DNA of 64,000 nucleotides from Pseudogymnoascus verrucosus (Eukaryota): NCBI GenBank assembly GCA_001662655.1, contig KV460271.1; one strand, 5' to 3'. Shown piece by piece: positions 62,699 to 64,000 of this stretch (position 1 is its first letter; each line of letters starts with the position of its first letter). The notes under the pieces were generated by a model. It saw only the letters and a program-made list of their open reading frames with translations, ran no database searches and was not told where the DNA came from. The position numbers and the translations under genes were made by a program.

Positions 62699-63586
62699 AT
62701 GGCATCAACATCAGAATCTAAGCTAGGTGGCTCATCGCCAGCGCCATTTCGAAACAAAAATTGGCGCGCAAAGAATAACAAGGAGACAATCCATGTCGTA
62801 ATTCCTAAAATCCTCAAGGCTAGCCCTCGAGCTCAGAGCGCTATCACGCGCTCAAAAATGATCCTTTATACACCTGGCTTTGAACCATCCAAAAAAGTCC
62901 AGCCTTCGGAATCGTCGCCGTCAAATACAGATACACCGGCACCACCAAGAATCACCGTCATCCAGTCCGACACTTTCGATGCTGCCATCGCCCTCACATC
63001 ATCCAAACCCGGCGCCCGAGTAGGCGTCCTCAACATGGCATCATCCTACCAACCAGGCGGCGGCGTCCTCAAAGGGAGTATAGCACAGGAAGAGTCCCTC
63101 TGCTCGCGCAGCACCCTCTACCCCAGTCTAAGGGACTCCTTCTACCGCCTCCCCACCCTCAGTGCCATTCACTCGCCTGATATTGTCGTGTTCCGCAACT
63201 CGGAACTCAACGGCACGGCCATCCTCCCGAAGGCAGAGTGGACGTTTGTGGATGTCATCTCGTGTGCCGCGCTCAAGGGGCCGGATGTCGAAGTCGATGC
63301 CCAAGGGAGGAAGATCTACGCTAGAGAGAAAGATAGGGAGACTATGACGCTGAAGGTGAGGCTGATTTTGCAGATTGCAAGGGAGATGGGGATTACGCGA
63401 TTGGTTTTGGGAGCGCTGGGGTGTGGTGCCTATGGGAACCCGCCGGAGGAGGTGGCGAAGATTTTTAAGAAGGTTATTTGTGGCGATAGTAGGAGGTATG
63501 GGTATGCGGAAGGAATTGAGGAGATTGTGTTTGCAATTTTTGATGATGGGGAGAATTTAAGGGTGTTTAAGGAGGTGTTTCCGTAG
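62699..63586 (+). CDS. Microbial-type poly(ADP-ribose) glycohydrolase macrodomain (DUF2263/TIGR02452-like)
   Basis: VLNMAS..PGGG..GSIAQEESLC.RSTLY (GGG-x-QEE PARG signature), LVLGALGCGAYGNPP, IVFAI. Confidence 0.9.
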   Translation: MASTSESKLGGSSPAPFRNKNWRAKNNKETIHVVIPKILKASPRAQSAITRSKMILYTPGFEPSKKVQPSESSPSNTDTPAPPRITVIQSDTFDAAIALTSSKPGARVGVLNMASSYQPGGGVLKGSIAQEESLCSRSTLYPSLRDSFYRLPTLSAIHSPDIVVFRNSELNGTAILPKAEWTFVDVISCAALKGPDVEVDAQGRKIYAREKDRETMTLKVRLILQIAREMGITRLVLGALGCGAYGNPPEEVAKIFKKVICGDSRRYGYAEGIEEIVFAIFDDGENLRVFKEVFP

Positions 63587-63728
63587 TAGTTATAGAAATG
63601 GAATATAAACAACCAAGGAAGGCGTCAAGCCTAGGAGGTACACTGCAACTGATATCATATTATCTAAAGTGAAACTCAATAACATCTAGATTTTGATTCC
63701 CAACTCCATGACGCCCATCGCCCACCGT

Positions 63729-64000
63729 TCAAAATTGGTACTCACTATCTAGCATTATATCTTCGGAATTACCATCCAATAACTCAAGATGAGACCCATT
63801 GCTCGTCCAGTTAAAACTATTGTATTGCTCGGGTGTTAAATAAGGGGTATGTGTCATATATCCCAGCGAATTCATGTCATCGGACATGCCCTCGGGCATC
63901 GGAGAGTGCCCAAACTGACACTCACTCGGAAAGAACGGTGCAAGGTCGGTCATTTGTGCAACGTCTTGGTAGGTAGCATCAGCCATAACCAACGTCATAT
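63729..64000 (-). CDS. 3' end of an unidentified gene running off the window
   Basis: Frame open to the window edge, acidic/aromatic low-complexity tail, convergent with PARG. No diagnostic motif. Confidence 0.4.
   Translation of the reverse strand, partial: MTLVMADATYQDVAQMTDLAPFFPSECQFGHSPMPEGMSDDMNSLGYMTHTPYLTPEQYNSFNWTSNGSHLELLDGNSEDIMLDSEYQF

Overview
Eukaryotic DNA from a filamentous ascomycete (short spliceosomal introns with CTAAC/CTGAC branch sites, RIP-like C>T damage; a Leotiomycete such as Pseudogymnoascus is only a guess). The window alternates accessory and core DNA. (1) 1-9.7 kb, accessory: small zinc-ribbon ORF, truncated MARVEL gene, intronless catalase-peroxidase katG with three Yap1-type sites upstream, a RIP-damaged Fot1/pogo transposon and an intact hAT transposon lacking its target-site duplication. 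(2) 9.8-19.5 kb, core: YRB30-like, SUP35, PAN2. (3) About 19.6-43.6 kb, accessory island: interrupted APH-like kinase pseudogene, GH7-CBM1 endoglucanase, AT-rich relic, then a compact secreted module of two head-to-head pairs (9-exon Cys-rich protein with hydrophobic helices / intron-split HExxH metalloprotease; 6-LysM protein / subgroup-C killer-toxin-like GH18 chitinase) with two non-secreted unknown genes, an NRPS remnant and a damaged AAA+ ATPase. (4) 43.9-59.9 kb, core: alpha/beta hydrolase, TSR2, BSD protein, CWC16/Yju2 family, Yap1-like bZIP, SPF30, PNPOx-like. (5) 60-64 kb: metallophosphoesterase, PAQR pseudogene, microbial-type PARG. The best candidate for an undescribed system is the 26.5-39.2 kb module, a possible split zymocin-like antagonism cluster. 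All exon structures were reconstructed by eye and no database search was run.
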